A DNA stretch of 59,806 bases, the filler included, from Fonticula-like sp. SCN 57-25 (taxonomy: Eukaryota): NCBI GenBank assembly GCA_001724245.1. It is 11 parts of 11 records of this genome, joined end to end, with 100 filler letters (N's around TTAATTAATTAA, not from the genome) between each part and the next. Parts side by side here need not be neighbours in the genome. Positions count along the whole stretch, not along the records: positions 43,640 to 49,323 come from MEDX01000613.1; positions 49,424 to 54,565 come from MEDX01000614.1; positions 54,666 to 59,806 come from MEDX01000615.1; 8 more parts are not named here. One strand, given 5' to 3'. The notes under the pieces are model-generated. The model was not told the origin of the DNA. It saw only the letters and a program-made list of their open reading frames with translations, and did no database searches. Below are positions 45,118-57,638 of this stretch, one piece after another. Both the position numbers and the translations under genes were made by a program. Position 1 is the stretch's first letter. Each line of letters opens with the position of its first letter.

Positions 45118-47071
45118 TCAGAATTGCGGCCCAAACAGTGACACGATTCCCGCGACGCATGCGGCCGCCACGATGGGCTCGGTTGGCGACGCCGCGCACG
45201 AGAGCACAACGCTTCCGTGCGGCGTCGTGAGCGCCGGTAGCCCCACAGCATCGCCGTCGCCCTCTATCGCCTGCTGCTGCAGGTCTAGCACCTTGATCGT
45301 CGCGCGCTCTGGAAAGTACACAAAGCGGCCGTCCGGGCTAAAGCACGGCCCCCTGAGGTAGTCGATCGCGCTCGGGTCCACCGGCGCCGTGGCCATGAGC
45401 GCCGCGCGGCGGTCGTCTAAGCGCGCGTTAGAATGCCAGAAGCATGGTTGCGTAGCGCGGTACCTCGCAGCTCGTAGACACATATGCGCTGACCGTGCGC
45501 GTAGGTGGGCTGGGCGAGCAGCCGGGTGCCGCTCGCGTCAAACTGGAGAAAGAGGCAGCGCAGACCCGGAATGTCAATGATTTCGAGGCGGTTGACGCGG
45601 CGCGAGAAGGCGCGCAGCCGGCATCGGCACGAGGCGTCGAGGCACTTTTCGCAGAGTCAGCAAGATGATATAAAGATGAAAGCATAAAGATACTGATACA
45701 ATTGGCTATACATGCAAAAACATACACAATGTACTCGTACTGACAATGAATTCAATGGGCAATGCATGCAGTTACAACACTGACTATGCTTGTCTACTAC
45801 ACAAAAGTATATACAAACACAAACGTACCTGCGCGTGTCGACACCTTCTAGTAGCTTCAGCAATGTCATCAAAAGCGACACCCTCAAAGTCACGTGGGAG
45901 CCTCGTGGCATCAAGGTCGTGCACGACATACACAAACGGCCTGAATGTACAAAACGCCATTCTGCGCCCGTCGGGCGACACGGCCATCCGCATGACCGGC
46001 ACATTAATCCCGTAGCGCGGCCGCGACAACTGCTCTTCAGTCGCAATGCCCTTTAGATACACCACGTGGTCACTTGCCTCATCAGTCTCATCATGACCAT
46101 CTTCATCATCTTGATGGAAATGTTCACGGGAAAAGGAGGGAAGAGATGACTCGTCCAGGGCCGACTCAGGACCTTCACTGCTCACGTGGCCATGTCCAAG
46201 CGAGACCTTGTCAATGGCCGAGCACGTGGCCGTAATTGTCCATGGGTCGGTTTCAACTTCATTTGAACATGTCCATGGGTCTGCCACTGATCCACCGCAA
46301 GATGAAAACTGGGCGACGTCCCAGCAAAGGACAGAGCGGTCAAAGCCGCAGGAAAGAAGAAGGCCGGTGCCAGGAACGGGCTCGGCGTTCTTTATCCAGT
46401 CTGCGTGGCCGCGCAGTGTGCGGACGGGGGCGGGTCGGCCGCTGGTGTCTGTGAGCCGGCGCGCATCCCAGATGCGGACGAGGTTGTCATCGCCGCCGGT
46501 TGCGAGGTACGACGCGTTCAGGAAGCGAGCGACGTTCACGCAACTCTAGAAAGGGGTCAGCAAGTGCAAGGGGCGGGGAGAGGAGAGGGGCAAACAGGGC
46601 AAGTGTCAATGTGTCAAACACGGCATCTTGCAAAGGAAAGAGGCAATTGAGCACAATGCACACATCAAAAGAAAGAAAGAAGGCGACAATATCAATGCTC
46701 ATGTACAATAAAAGTACACTTTTCACTCAGTCAGGCTTCACTCACACAACATCCCTCACGCTTCCCAGCCCCCTGTTCCCCTGACTCTCCTCCCGCATGA
46801 TCCCACGTCCAATCACGCCCATCAGTCATGTGCGTACGTCGTGTGCATGCTCGACGCGCGTCGCTATTTCACCCGAATGCCCGTCGAGCACGAGCAAAAG
46901 CCGGTCCTGCCCGCATCCCACAAGCTGCCGGCCGTCGGGCGAGTACTCGAGCGTAAAGATGGCGCGCTCGCTATGACGGCGGCTCGACACGTGCGCCAGG
47001 CGGCCGCGCAGGCTGGCTTCAAAGCAGCCGCGCGACCCAAGGCCCGCTTCCCTCTCCCAGACGAACCGCAT
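45118..47071 (-). CDS. DCAF10: WD40 protein DCAF10/WDR32-like (multi-exon)
   Basis: AIFTLEYSPDG...HAHD-SCVNVARFL...LATGGDD...GHADWIKN...SCGFD...MRMAVSPDG...VHDLD...CFSPDGR...VSLFGPQF; motif order matches DCAF10. Start approximate. Confidence 0.8.
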
Positions 47072-47585
47072 CAGGAGGCGGCACGTCAACTATGGTCTTC
47101 CGACAAAGCCGGGTCAACGCCATGCTTGTTCAAAGACCGCTCCGGCCGCAAAACTAGATCACGTGACTTCCCATCAAATTGCAAGACAGACGAACTCTGC
47201 ACGGCCACGTAGGATTAACGCATGCGTTCTGTGGCCTTAAGTTTGAGCGCCCCGCGTTACACCAAGTTACCTGCGCGTTGCTTGAAACGTTCACAGGACA
47301 TAGCGTATCATGAGAACTATTTGTTACCGTAAGGTTTTTGCGTTTAAAAATTATTTGATGGAGCTATGGGCAAAAGAAATAGAGATCCTTGACTCTTATG
47401 ATGTACTGAGCGCATCATGTATTGTGTACTGGCACTGAGCTACTCGAGCAGTGTTTCAAACCAATAAACTATTCCACGTGACAATTATGTTTGCCTTTCC
47501 CTATTAAAAATGACCTCTACCAGTTGCCCATGATCTTCCTTTCCATATTGATATATTACTTTCGGTCATTGTACACCCGCCTCGC

Positions 47586-48714
47586 CTACGCGCTGTAGGA
47601 CGACGCCGCGCCCGCCGTCGCCGACGAGCCCGACGTCGCCTCGTCGTCCTTCTTGTCAACCTCCGCGTTCTTGATGAGCTGATCGATCTCGGCGGCCTTG
47701 AGGAAGCGGAAGGCGGTCCGCCCCCCCTCGCGCGTCAGCACGCCCATCTCGACTGTGAAAGTGTTAGCAAAATGGTCACAGCCCTGCCACAGCAGTGCGT
47801 ACTCTTCTCGGCGTTGAGCGAGGTCGAGTCGAGCGTCTTTGCGAGGACCTTGACCGAGAGCTGGAGCGCCTGATCGAGCGAGAGATCGTCAGAGTCGGGG
47901 AGCTGAGCCTTGAGGATCGCGTGCGCGGCGACGCTGTTGGCGCCAATGCAGCTCGCGCGGCAGCCCTTGTAGTTGCCAGAGGGGTCCGACTGGTAGAGCT
48001 GGAAGCCAAAGTGGCGATCCCACCCGGCGTACAGGAACGAAACACCAAACGGACGAAGGCCTGGGAAAGAGTCAGTTAAGCGGGAAAAAAGCAAAGAGAC
48101 GCACCGCCAAACTGAGTGTAGCCCTGCTTCACGTCGCACAAGTTGCCGACAAGCTGCTCAACGGGCATCGGCTCGTTGTACGTCAGCAGATGACGCTGTG
48201 TGATGGCGCGCGCGCGCGCGAGGAGAATGTTGGCATCCGCAGTGATGCCGGCAATGCTCGCTGCAATGTGCCTATTCAAAGATCAGAAACAGGGAAAGGA
48301 AAAAAAGGAAAACGTACTCGTCAAGAATGTACGTCTTTTCATTCGACTTTGTTGGCTCGAGGAGCTTGGATGAAACGCGGCGCTCTGCAGAAAGAACAAC
48401 GCCATCCTTGGACATGACGCCGAGGCACATGCCGGCGTGGCTGATCGCCTCCATAGCATACTCAATTTGATAGAGACGGCCTGAGTGGGGGGAAAAGAAG
48501 AAAGGGACGTGAGCAAAAGAAAAGGGAAATGGAGCGCGGTTTCATACCTTCTGGCGAAAAGATCGTCGTGCGCGCATCGTACCGGCGAGCCTACAAGAAA
48601 GGAAACAAAGCGCACAAAGAAAGACAAGGAAAAGAAAGAGAAAGCAACAAGGAAGACAGAGCGAGCCGCATTATGTCAGAGAAGCAGCAGAGAGACACCG
48701 CAAAGGCGCACCAT
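47586..48714 (-). CDS. PSMA4: 20S proteasome subunit alpha-3 (PSMA4/Pre9); first coding exon contributes only the ATG
   Basis: ATG|GTGCGC at 48714; [31 protein letters not shown]...[26 protein letters not shown]...[11 protein letters not shown]. Confidence 0.95.
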
Positions 48715-49423
48715 GATGACGATGCTCCTGTGGCGGATCCCTCGGTTGATGGAAACACCCAAAAGTTCGTCATCGTCGTTTTCAAACCGACCTTTCCGGG
48801 CGGGGGCGGCAGAATGGGAGATTGTCTTGAAGTAGCACAGAAACACGGGCTGCTCAGCAGAGAGGGTGCCTCGCTGGCAGTGTGCTTTGGCCAGGTAGCT
48901 ATGTAAGCTACTTTGTCGTTTACGTGGCCGATGGGCATCATGGACCGTCAGCATCTCCAGATTCATCATCGGTCTAGCCGGCTTCTAGCTGAGCCCTTTG
49001 AGTAGTCTTTTTGAGGTGTGCTTTGTGCATTGAAGGAAAGGAAAGGAATTCGGTAATAGTGTTTCATTATATATACACAAATGTAAAAGGGCAGAGTAAA
49101 TATAAACTCGCTCCAAATAGCTTGACTCCAAAGAGTATCATGTCCATGTTCAAGTGACAAGCTCTACAGCAGACGAGTTAGCAACCATAAAGCAAAAACA
49201 CACACAAGTATAATGGCACAAAATAGTGTTGCAAAGTGAATCAGACTAGCGCCAAACAGGCATTTGAATCAACAAGGCCTTCGACCTCCTTTCATTCGAC
49301 CGTCGTGATGTTGTCATCATACANNNNNNNNNNNNNNNNNNNNNNNNNNNNNNNNNNNNNNNNNNNNTTAATTAATTAANNNNNNNNNNNNNNNNNNNNN
49401 NNNNNNNNNNNNNNNNNNNNNNN

Positions 49424-50170
49424 GCGAGCGTAAAGAACCTCAAGCTCGCGAGCGCCGCCGCGCCCGTCATGGAAATGCCGACACACCTCACATGGCCGTC
49501 GCGCGTCTTTCAAGCACGGCTCGCGCGCGAAGCGACCGTTTTCAACAAAATCTCGAGCAATCTCGTGCGCACCGGCCACGGCCTTTCGCTCGCCGACCTC
49601 CGCATGCGCCGCGTCGATCTTGCCGCCGTCATCGCGACAAGCGCGGCGCTCATAAAGTGCGCCGTCGAGCAGCGCATGCTGCCGTGGTGGCGCCTCCAAG
49701 CGGAAAAGGAAGCCGAAGCCCACGTGGACGGCGCACCTGTCCCTGAAATTACCGAGGCGCTCGAGGCGCAGTTCTGGCTCGATTCCTGGAATCTGCCGCC
49801 GCGCAGCTACGAAGCACTTGCCCGCAGAATGCTGCAGGAAGTCGAGCCGGCGCTGCTCGAGCCAATCGAAGCAGTCGACAGGTCGCTCGTCATGCGCGCC
49901 CACCACGTGGACCTTCCCATGTACGTCGAGATGCTCGCCAAGAGCAGGCCGCGCGCCGATCTTGACGAGGCCGATGTGCAAGTGGCGGATTCGGGCGAGG
50001 CGTCCATGCGCATTATGAGGCGGTTCCAGGGAAGGTGCAATATCGAGTCGGCAAGGACGACGGCGCTCGAGCTCTTGCATTGGATTAACGGGGCGGCAGA
50101 GAGGGTGTGGGGCAAGCCAGAGATTACGTCAACTGCGCGCTACTCAATCGCCGCCACTGGGCTCTTATAA
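49424..50170 (+). CDS. Uncharacterised protein, 5' partial
   Basis: GC-rich open frame from the contig edge to TAA, followed by an AT-rich 3' UTR; no family confidently recognised. Confidence 0.55.
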   Translation, partial: ASVKNLKLASAAAPVMEMPTHLTWPSRVFQARLAREATVFNKISSNLVRTGHGLSLADLRMRRVDLAAVIATSAALIKCAVEQRMLPWWRLQAEKEAEAHVDGAPVPEITEALEAQFWLDSWNLPPRSYEALARRMLQEVEPALLEPIEAVDRSLVMRAHHVDLPMYVEMLAKSRPRADLDEADVQVADSGEASMRIMRRFQGRCNIESARTTALELLHWINGAAERVWGKPEITSTARYSIAATGLL

Positions 50171-50671
50171 GTAAAAGTAACTTTTTGTATACATTATTAT
50201 TATCATTTTGCATTGCCATTCATGTCTAGTTCAAGTGACCTTTTGCCTTGTTATGAGTCAAAGTAATAAACATTCATGTTTGAATTGGTAAGAAACGTAT
50301 ATTCGTATTCAGCTGCACTCTATGCGGCACGCTACAGCGATGCAAGAAAAGAAAAATGTGTGTTATAAATAACGCCAATTCACCAGATCCATATCAGTAC
50401 AGAAACGGAGGGCACGGCACGGCAGGCGCGTCACAGCGACCCCACTAGTGTATCAACATCAGATAAAATGCAAGAGAGCAATAAAAAAAAAGTGGGGGAT
50501 ATCACTAACACGAAGAGAGGCACTCTAGCGAGTGTGGCACGAGGTAGAGCGCGCTTCTCGCGCAAAGAAAAGATACTACATATAGGCAACCAAACGGACA
50601 AGACAAGAAAAAAAAGTCACGTGACCAGTCGCGCGGCCCGCTGCAGCCCGCTGCGCGCGCGCGTCACGTGC

Positions 50672-51911
50672 TTAATCCTCCTGGTCCGCGTGCGCCTCGA
50701 GCTGGTTCTTGGTGAGCGTGTTGCAGTCGACCGCCTCGAAGCGCTCCTTGAAGAGCGCGATGATCTCCTCGGTGGTCATCTTGGGCTTGCCCTCAAAGTG
50801 GTGGATGCTCTTGGCGAGCTTCTCGAGCTGACCGGTGAACACGTGGAAGCCGACGTACATGACGTCAATGCCCTCAAAGACGATCGACTTGTTGGTGTAA
50901 AACTTTTCATAGTCCTTGTTGAAGCGCGAGGGAAAGTCGCTCCAGTGCGTGCGCGAGTTGAGGTGGTGCAGGATGTGGTAGCCGTCATTGTAGCTCACCT
51001 GGTTGCCAAAGTTGTTCATCGTGATGTAGGCGGAACGGTACGAGTTGTTGGGCTCCTTGGGGTCCACAAAGATGTGCTGCGAAAAGTTGCCAAACATCAT
51101 GAGGAACGAGCTGAAGCAGAAGGGAAGAATCAGCGTGAAGAGGGCGCCGACAGGGTTGTACTTGTAGGCCGAGGTCAGGATCACCCAGAAGAGCGCCATG
51201 TTGATCACGCAGCGCGCGAAAAGGTCGTAGCGGTGGCGCTTGAAGGCGTAGTACGGGAGCTGGACCCAGATCGCCGCAAAGTAGCGGATCCAGTAGAGCA
51301 AAAAGTGAGGGAAGTAGTTGCGCTGGTAGGGCATCGTCGACGAGACATCCCACGGGAAAACGTTGTTCTCGGCGTGGTGCATGACCACGTGGTGCATGTA
51401 GTACATGCCGCTGGGCACGCCAAAGAGGGGCGACACAAAGTACGGGAGGATCAGGTTGGCGAGGGTGCCGGGCCACCAGCCGGCCTTCTTGAGCGAGAAG
51501 AGGCGCAGATGCTGGGAGTAGTGCAGCGTCAGGAGGTAGCGGCCGAGGTAGAGCACATAGTTGGTGACCATGTACACAATGCCGACCATCCAGTTCGACA
51601 CGATCGGCGGGCCGAAAAAGATGAGGAGCGCCATCGGCACCGTCGTCACGAGAATGTTGAACATAAAGTGGAGCATGGGGATGTCGCGCTGATCCTCAAG
51701 GTAGGGAGCGACCTTGTTGGTCATCCACACGGGCATCTTGAACAGGAACTCGTGGCGCTCAGCGACATGGTCATAGTGGTTCGGGAGCTTGGACAGATCA
51801 TCCTCGATCGTCGGGATAGCACCCTTCACGCGCTTCACTGTAAACACAGAGAATCGTTAGGCGATCCCGGCCAAAAATCAGCGATCGGCGCCACGCACCG
51901 GCGGAGGACAT
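50672..51911 (-). CDS. Membrane fatty-acid desaturase-superfamily protein (three His boxes)
   Basis: Short exon 1 (MSSA) plus a long exon; LHYSQH, HHVVMHH and NDGYHILHH boxes; several transmembrane segments. Confidence 0.85.
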
Positions 51912-52287
51912 CACACTGGCACTGTCAGCGACTCTGCCGGACAATAACAGACCAGAAAAGAGGAGACCGATCGCGCAACGGAAAGTGGGTCGACGCGCGC
52001 TTTTCCCCGGTAGTCTGCCGTCGGCCGAGCAAGAGAAAACACACACTGCAGTCCTGCGTGGTCAAACTATTAATTCCAAAAAAGGCAGGTAATCGCGCAC
52101 GCCAATTGGCTGCCAGCAGATTCTGGCACGTTGATTGGCTGAAATAATGTTGCCCGACTAAAGTGCCGATGATCGGGGGAAAGAAGGCTGTGAGCAATGC
52201 TGCGGGCAGTGATGTGCACAATAAGTGAACAGCATTGTGACAGCCTTGCGCCAGGAATCTCCCCACACTTGTCGAGACGTCGCAGAG

Positions 52288-53296
52288 ATGGCCGTCAAGA
52301 TTGTCGCCGTTGTGCTCGCCGCACTGCTTGCGGTTGCCGCTGCGGGCCAGTACCCCACCCCGAGTTTTTACCGCCGCCTCACCCTGAGCGATCCCTACGC
52401 GCAGAGCTTCTGCATTGAGAATGGCAATTCCGTACGTTTATCACTGTTTTTGTCCTCTCGTCTTACACCATGCGCGCAGGGCACTGCCCAGGGCACGGGC
52501 GCCCAGATGCACACCGCTGTGCAGGCCTGCCAGTATGGCCAGATTGCTGCGTACGTCTCCTTGACCTTTGGCATCCAGATCCACGTCGGCAACATTGGCG
52601 GCGTCTTTGCCGCTGGCGTCGATCTCGGCTCGCAGCGCGATCTCGAGGCCAACTACACCAACGGCGAGAGCGCGTACATCTCCCTGTACCACGACACCGG
52701 CATTTTCCACATGTCCAACGGCGACGGCGGCTTTTACACTTTCCCCTCGCACGAGATGGACCAGGCGCTCTCGTGCACCGACAGCACGTACGAGTTCCAC
52801 CCCGAGGTCGACCACGTGTACATCGTGCGCTTCCCTCTTCCTCGGCGCTACTTTTGCATGTGCTGACCCGCTGCGTCGCATAAAAATAGGTTCGTGTCAC
52901 TGAGAAGGAGGGCTGCACCGACATTGACCGCGAGAGCACCGTGATCGCCAAGCTCGTCGTCCTCGAGGTCGCCGCCGACAACAGCTTCGTCGTGATCCGC
53001 TGGGACATCCTCGAGGCGGTCGAGTACTACGATGGCGTACGTTTTACATTAATCCTTTTTGCTTTGCATTAACACCGCGCTTTTGATAGACCGCCGCTAA
53101 CCAGACTGCCGATCGCGCGCTCGCCGTCGGCACCACCGCTCTCATCTTTGTCATCTTTGTGATCGTCGGCCTCATCGCGTCGGCCGTCTACAAGCGCCGC
53201 GGCGGCAACTTTAGCTTCTCGACCCCGTCGTTCGGCGGCTCGACCAACTCTGCCTCTGAGGCCCCCGCCCCGCGCAACGAGTACAGCACGCTCTAA
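52288..53296 (+). CDS. Type I membrane protein (signal peptide, unknown luminal domain, TM, C-terminal YSTL)
   Basis: MAVKIVAVVLAALLAVAAAG signal; 3 short introns; TM ALIFVIFVIVGLIASAVY-KRR; terminal YxxL motif. Confidence 0.75.
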
Positions 53297-53505
53297 GCGG
53301 CTGCTTTTCTTCAACGCGCTCGCTAGACATGCGCGCGACTAGAGTACACGTATCAGAAAAGAATGCTTGCAGTATTTGTTATTATGAACGTATAATACAC
53401 ATATGTAGGGTTCAATAAGCGGTCCCAATAAGCAATAAGGCACGGGGGAAATCCGCTCGAAAATCTATCAAAAAGTAACAATGCAAATAATTAAAGTCGA
53501 TGCAA

Positions 53506-54565
53506 TTATGAACTCGACGCCAGTTTGGCGGCGAGGCTGTAAACCGCGCTGTACATTGAAAGCGGTCCTCCCGGTCTAATCAACGTCAGTTGCAGAAATA
53601 AACAAAAAGAATCTTCGTACCGATTCCACGCGAGGTCGAGCGCACTCCTGACGAGCCGCGACCGCAGCGCGTCCGCCTTTCCCGCCCTTTTCGCCTCATC
53701 AATCACCTCGAGCGCCTCTGTCACGGCGCTCTCCATCGACCCCTCTTCCATCCTATCAAACAACATTGCATTGAACGCGCTATCTAGTCTTTCTTTCGCG
53801 CGCTGCGCTCCAATCAAAACCGAACTCGGGCGGTCAATAAGGAATTCGCGCAGACCGCCGACGCCCGTCGACACGACAAGCGCGCCAAACAAAAGTCCCT
53901 CTGCGGCAACAAGTCCAAATGCCTCTGTCTGTGATGGCACAAAGATGACGTCAGCAGACATGCGGACGAGCGGCCCGACGCGGTCCTGCTCTTCGGGCGT
54001 TGTGAGCAGCACTGCGCCCGCGTCGCGCATGCGCAGCAGGTCCGACATGGGAAAGTCGTGCGGCTGGCCCATGAGGACGAGAAGGGCGTCGCCGCGGGAG
54101 AAAATGTGGCGCAAAAGTGGCTCGCAAAGTGCAATGCCTTTGTTGACCTGGAAGCGGCCGATAAAGAGGATGATTTTTGTGGTGGCGGAAAGCGAGGCGG
54201 GGAAAACGCCCATTTGAATAAGGGAAAGGCGCGCGGCGGACTTGGCAGCGCCAATGGGGGCAATGCCAGGGTCGCTCTCGACGAGCGCACGTGAAAATGT
54301 CGCGTTGTGGCGGCGGAGAAGCGCGTCGTCAAAGGGGTTTAGCGAGGAAAAGTCGACGCCGTTTGAGATTCCGATAAAGCGGCCGCGGCGCGCGTGCGCC
54401 ATCAGCGAATCAATGACGAGCATTCGGTTCACAAAGTCGAGTTTTTGCTGCACAATCTCGCGGGCGAGGAGGACAGAGACGCACGTGGCAACGTCGGCGA
54501 CGCGGATGCCATAGTCGGCAATGTAGACGCGGTCGTTGCGGATGCGGGTGTCGGTTGGGTCGCGC
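53506..54565 (-). CDS. GT-B glycosyltransferase, GlgA/starch-synthase (GT5)-like C-terminal half, 5' partial
   Basis: GISNGVD...NP..D..L, ILFIGRFQVNKG, ADVIFVPSQTEAFGLVAAEGLLFG, STGVGGL; short intron near 53576-53620. Confidence 0.75.
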
Positions 54566-54665
54566 NNNNNNNNNNNNNNNNNNNNNNNNNNNNNNNNNNN
54601 NNNNNNNNNTTAATTAATTAANNNNNNNNNNNNNNNNNNNNNNNNNNNNNNNNNNNNNNNNNNNN

Positions 54666-54747
54666 CCTCCTCATCATCTTTGCCCTCGTCCTCGTCTGCA
54701 AGGGCGGACCCGGTGGCAAGGAGATCGAGCTCGACTACCGTTCTTAA
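54666..54747 (+). CDS. 3' end of a membrane protein
   Basis: LLIIFALVLVCKGGPGGKEIELDYRS-stop, followed by AATAAA. Confidence 0.45.
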
Positions 54748-55181
54748 GCGCCGAAGCGCCGTCGCTATTTAGGGCGTGACGTATCTGCTCATTGTTTGAC
54801 AATAAAAATGTCTCATTGGGCAAATCTTTTCTTTCCTGTTCGCTGGGTCAAATGAAGCGCGTAAGAGTAAAGCGCGGTCCACGAAAGTCATGTTCACGGT
54901 CCACACCCCCTTGAAATGGCGTCAGCATCCGAACATCAATGGTCCGACCTTTGAACCATAGCACGGCAAAGTACAATATCATTCTTTAGTATGTTCTTAA
55001 GTGTGGCCGCTTGGCCTGCAGCGTGTGTATGTGTTGCGCGCTGCGTCTCTTAGCGGCGCGCCGCCCTGGCCACTCTTTGCAATTTTTCGAAAAGGCCCAT
55101 TTCACCAGCATTTCACGTGGAATCCTGAATGGATCGGCGTGCAAACTAGATCAAGTTTGCATCCCACCACGAGGCGGCAGG

Positions 55182-56665
55182 ATGGCGGCGGCCGTGATGC
55201 CTCAGCACGTCCAGAAGCTGGACCAATTCATCAGTTTGAAGCACAACCGCGTTGACAATGTACGAGAGTGGTTTTTTTCACGTTTATTGCCGCGTTTGCT
55301 TACCTTGGAAAACAGCCCACCGGCCTGAACTACCCCGACACGATCTATGGCGAGTCGGGCAAGTTTGACCTCGAGGCTTTCAAGAGCGTGCGTGCTGATG
55401 TTTCTCGGTGTGCTTTTAGTGCTGATAATATGTATTGTAGGAGGTGAAGGTGAAGGTTATTTCTCGCGAGGATCGCCGCCTTGAGTTTGACTTGATCAAT
55501 GTTGATGCCCCGATTGCGAATGCCATCCGCCGCATCCTGATTGCCGAGGTGCCGACGATGGCCATTGAAAAGGTGTACATTATGAACAACACCTCGATCA
55601 TTCACGACGACACGTTTGCGCACCGCCTCGGCCTTGTGCCCATCAAGGCGGACCCTCGCTGCTTTGAGAACAAGCATCGTACGGCCATCCCCCTTTTTCT
55701 ATACGAATCTAACCCTCGTGATGCCGCTCGCCCCACAGCCGATCAGGAGCCGAACGACGACAACACGCTGGTCTTTACGCTGAACGTCAAGTGCACGTTG
55801 AACCCGCACGCGCCGGCCGACGCTACTGATCCCGCCGTCCGCTTCATCAATTCGAGCGGTACGTGGTGCTCATTTTACCGCAATCTGTTGTTTGATGGCT
55901 GATCCCGCGATGCCAGTGTACGGCCGCGATCTCGTGTGGGTGCCGCAGGGAAGCCAGGAGGAGCGCTTTGCGGCCGCTCCGGTCGGCATTGTCGACGACG
56001 ACATTCTGATCGCGAAGCTGCGCCCGGGGCAGGAGATCGACATGGAGTTGCACTGCTACAAGGGGATCGGCAAGCTGCACGCCAAGTGGTCGCCTGTCGG
56101 TACGTTGAAAGAAAAGATATTTAAATGGGCGCAGAATGCGCTAAATTTCATTTCTTGTGTGTTTTTTCTTTACAGGGACGGCGTCGTATCGTCTGTTGCC
56201 GGTGATCACGTTGAAGAAGGAGTTTGTGGACGAGGAGGCCGACAAGCTCGCAAAGTGCTTCTCGGCCGGTGTTATTGCCATCGACAATGTCAAAGGTTTG
56301 TCTTTTAGTGTGCTTTGACGCGTAAATGTTTCTAAATTTTCATTTTTAATAGGTAAGCGCGTTGCTCGCGTGGCGAATGCGCGCAATGACTCGATGAGCC
56401 GCGAGGCTTTCCGCCACAAAGAGATTGGCGATCACGTCGAGATCGACCGCAACCGCCGGCATTTCATCTGTACGTACTTTATTTTTGTTTTCGTTGGCTC
56501 TGTCGGCTCACACAGCTCGCGCGCGCAGTTTCTGTCGAGTCGATCGGCGCGCTGCCGCCAGATGTGCTCACGCGGGAGGCGATCAAGATCCTGATGGCAA
56601 AGACGCGCGTTGTCCGCGCGGACCTCGACGCCGCACTGCAGGGCGACGACGGAATGGACGCGTAG
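55182..56665 (+). CDS. POLR1C: RNA polymerase I/III subunit AC40 (RPAC1), multi-exon
   Basis: EFDLINVDAPIANAIRRILIAEVPTMAIEKVYIMNNTSII...AHRLGLVPI...ILIAKLRPGQEI...GIGKLHAKWSPV...HFI-SVESIG. Confidence 0.95.
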
Positions 56666-57638
56666 AATCGCCTTTTTTGTGTGTGTCTCTGTGTGTGCGC
56701 GCGCGCGTTGCGTGTGCGTCTGCGTGTGTACTTTTTAGAACGTTCAATACAAACTCGAAAATGACAGTCAAACCTGGAATAGCTAGTGCACGCACACGCG
56801 ACAGTTGTTCATACACTTTTCGCTATATTTACGCCGATGAAACAGTAAACGAAAAGGTGCCCCGCACAGGAGACAGATCAAATTGGTTGTGACCAGGCTT
56901 CCAGGGCATCACCTCGATAAGTAAAGCTTGTGTATCCTCGCGCACCTTGCTATGCCTCCTACCGCGTGATCGCGGAGTGGCTGCCATAGTGATATTCACT
57001 TGTATCGTGTGCGTCCAGTGGGATGTGCGATCGTCCTTTCGTTGCTCAATACCTTCCAGCGCACTAGCGCACAACGCTAGAATAGGTCTGGCGGCTCTGG
57101 CCCAACCAAGTCTCTGGAGGGCACCTGCGCACGGCGGCACGGATGCTCCTCTGACAAAACAATGCCGTTATCTCGAGGCTCGAGGAAGTACAGTGTCAGT
57201 GTCTGTCATTTTCGTGCGTGGGCTGATGTTCAACGGCGCCGACAAGTTCGTGATCCGGCAGCACGTTAGCAAAAACAACGAGAGCTCCTGCAACGGCCGC
57301 TGGGCGGCTGGGGTTCGCTGCTTTCTTCGGTCAGGTACGGTTCAAACCATCAATTATTACTGTATGGATATCACCCTATCGTCGTATGGATAAAATTAAT
57401 ACATAGGGGCTCGGGGCCATTGTCTCGTGTTCGTTCTCTTCGATTTAGGGTGTCCCCTGTCTCGTGTTACGATAACGATCATGCCGGCATTCAACTAATC
57501 CAGGGTAGATTCGGACCCTGCGATCGATTGGAAGCAATCGCAGAGCAATCGTGCCAATCATCAGCAAGGGCTTAGGCTGGGGTTAAAGTGGAATGCGGTA
57601 GCAAAAAAAGGGCGCAGGCGGGTTGACACTCAGCATCG

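Noticed and set aside
49424-50170. Possible ATAD5/Elg1 (RFC-like) C-terminus
   Set aside because: Only a faint DLPMY...RRF resemblance; not enough to name the gene.
50616-50625. GTCACGTGAC CLEAR/E-box palindrome
   Set aside because: It lies between two convergent 3' ends, not in a promoter; the copy at 696-705 is inside coding sequence.
50468-52147. Long antisense/alternate-frame ORFs (559 aa here; also 8238..9551, 13198..14451, 14846..16360, 58810..59802)
   Set aside because: They are shadows of GC3-rich real genes on the opposite strand and have no recognisable motifs.
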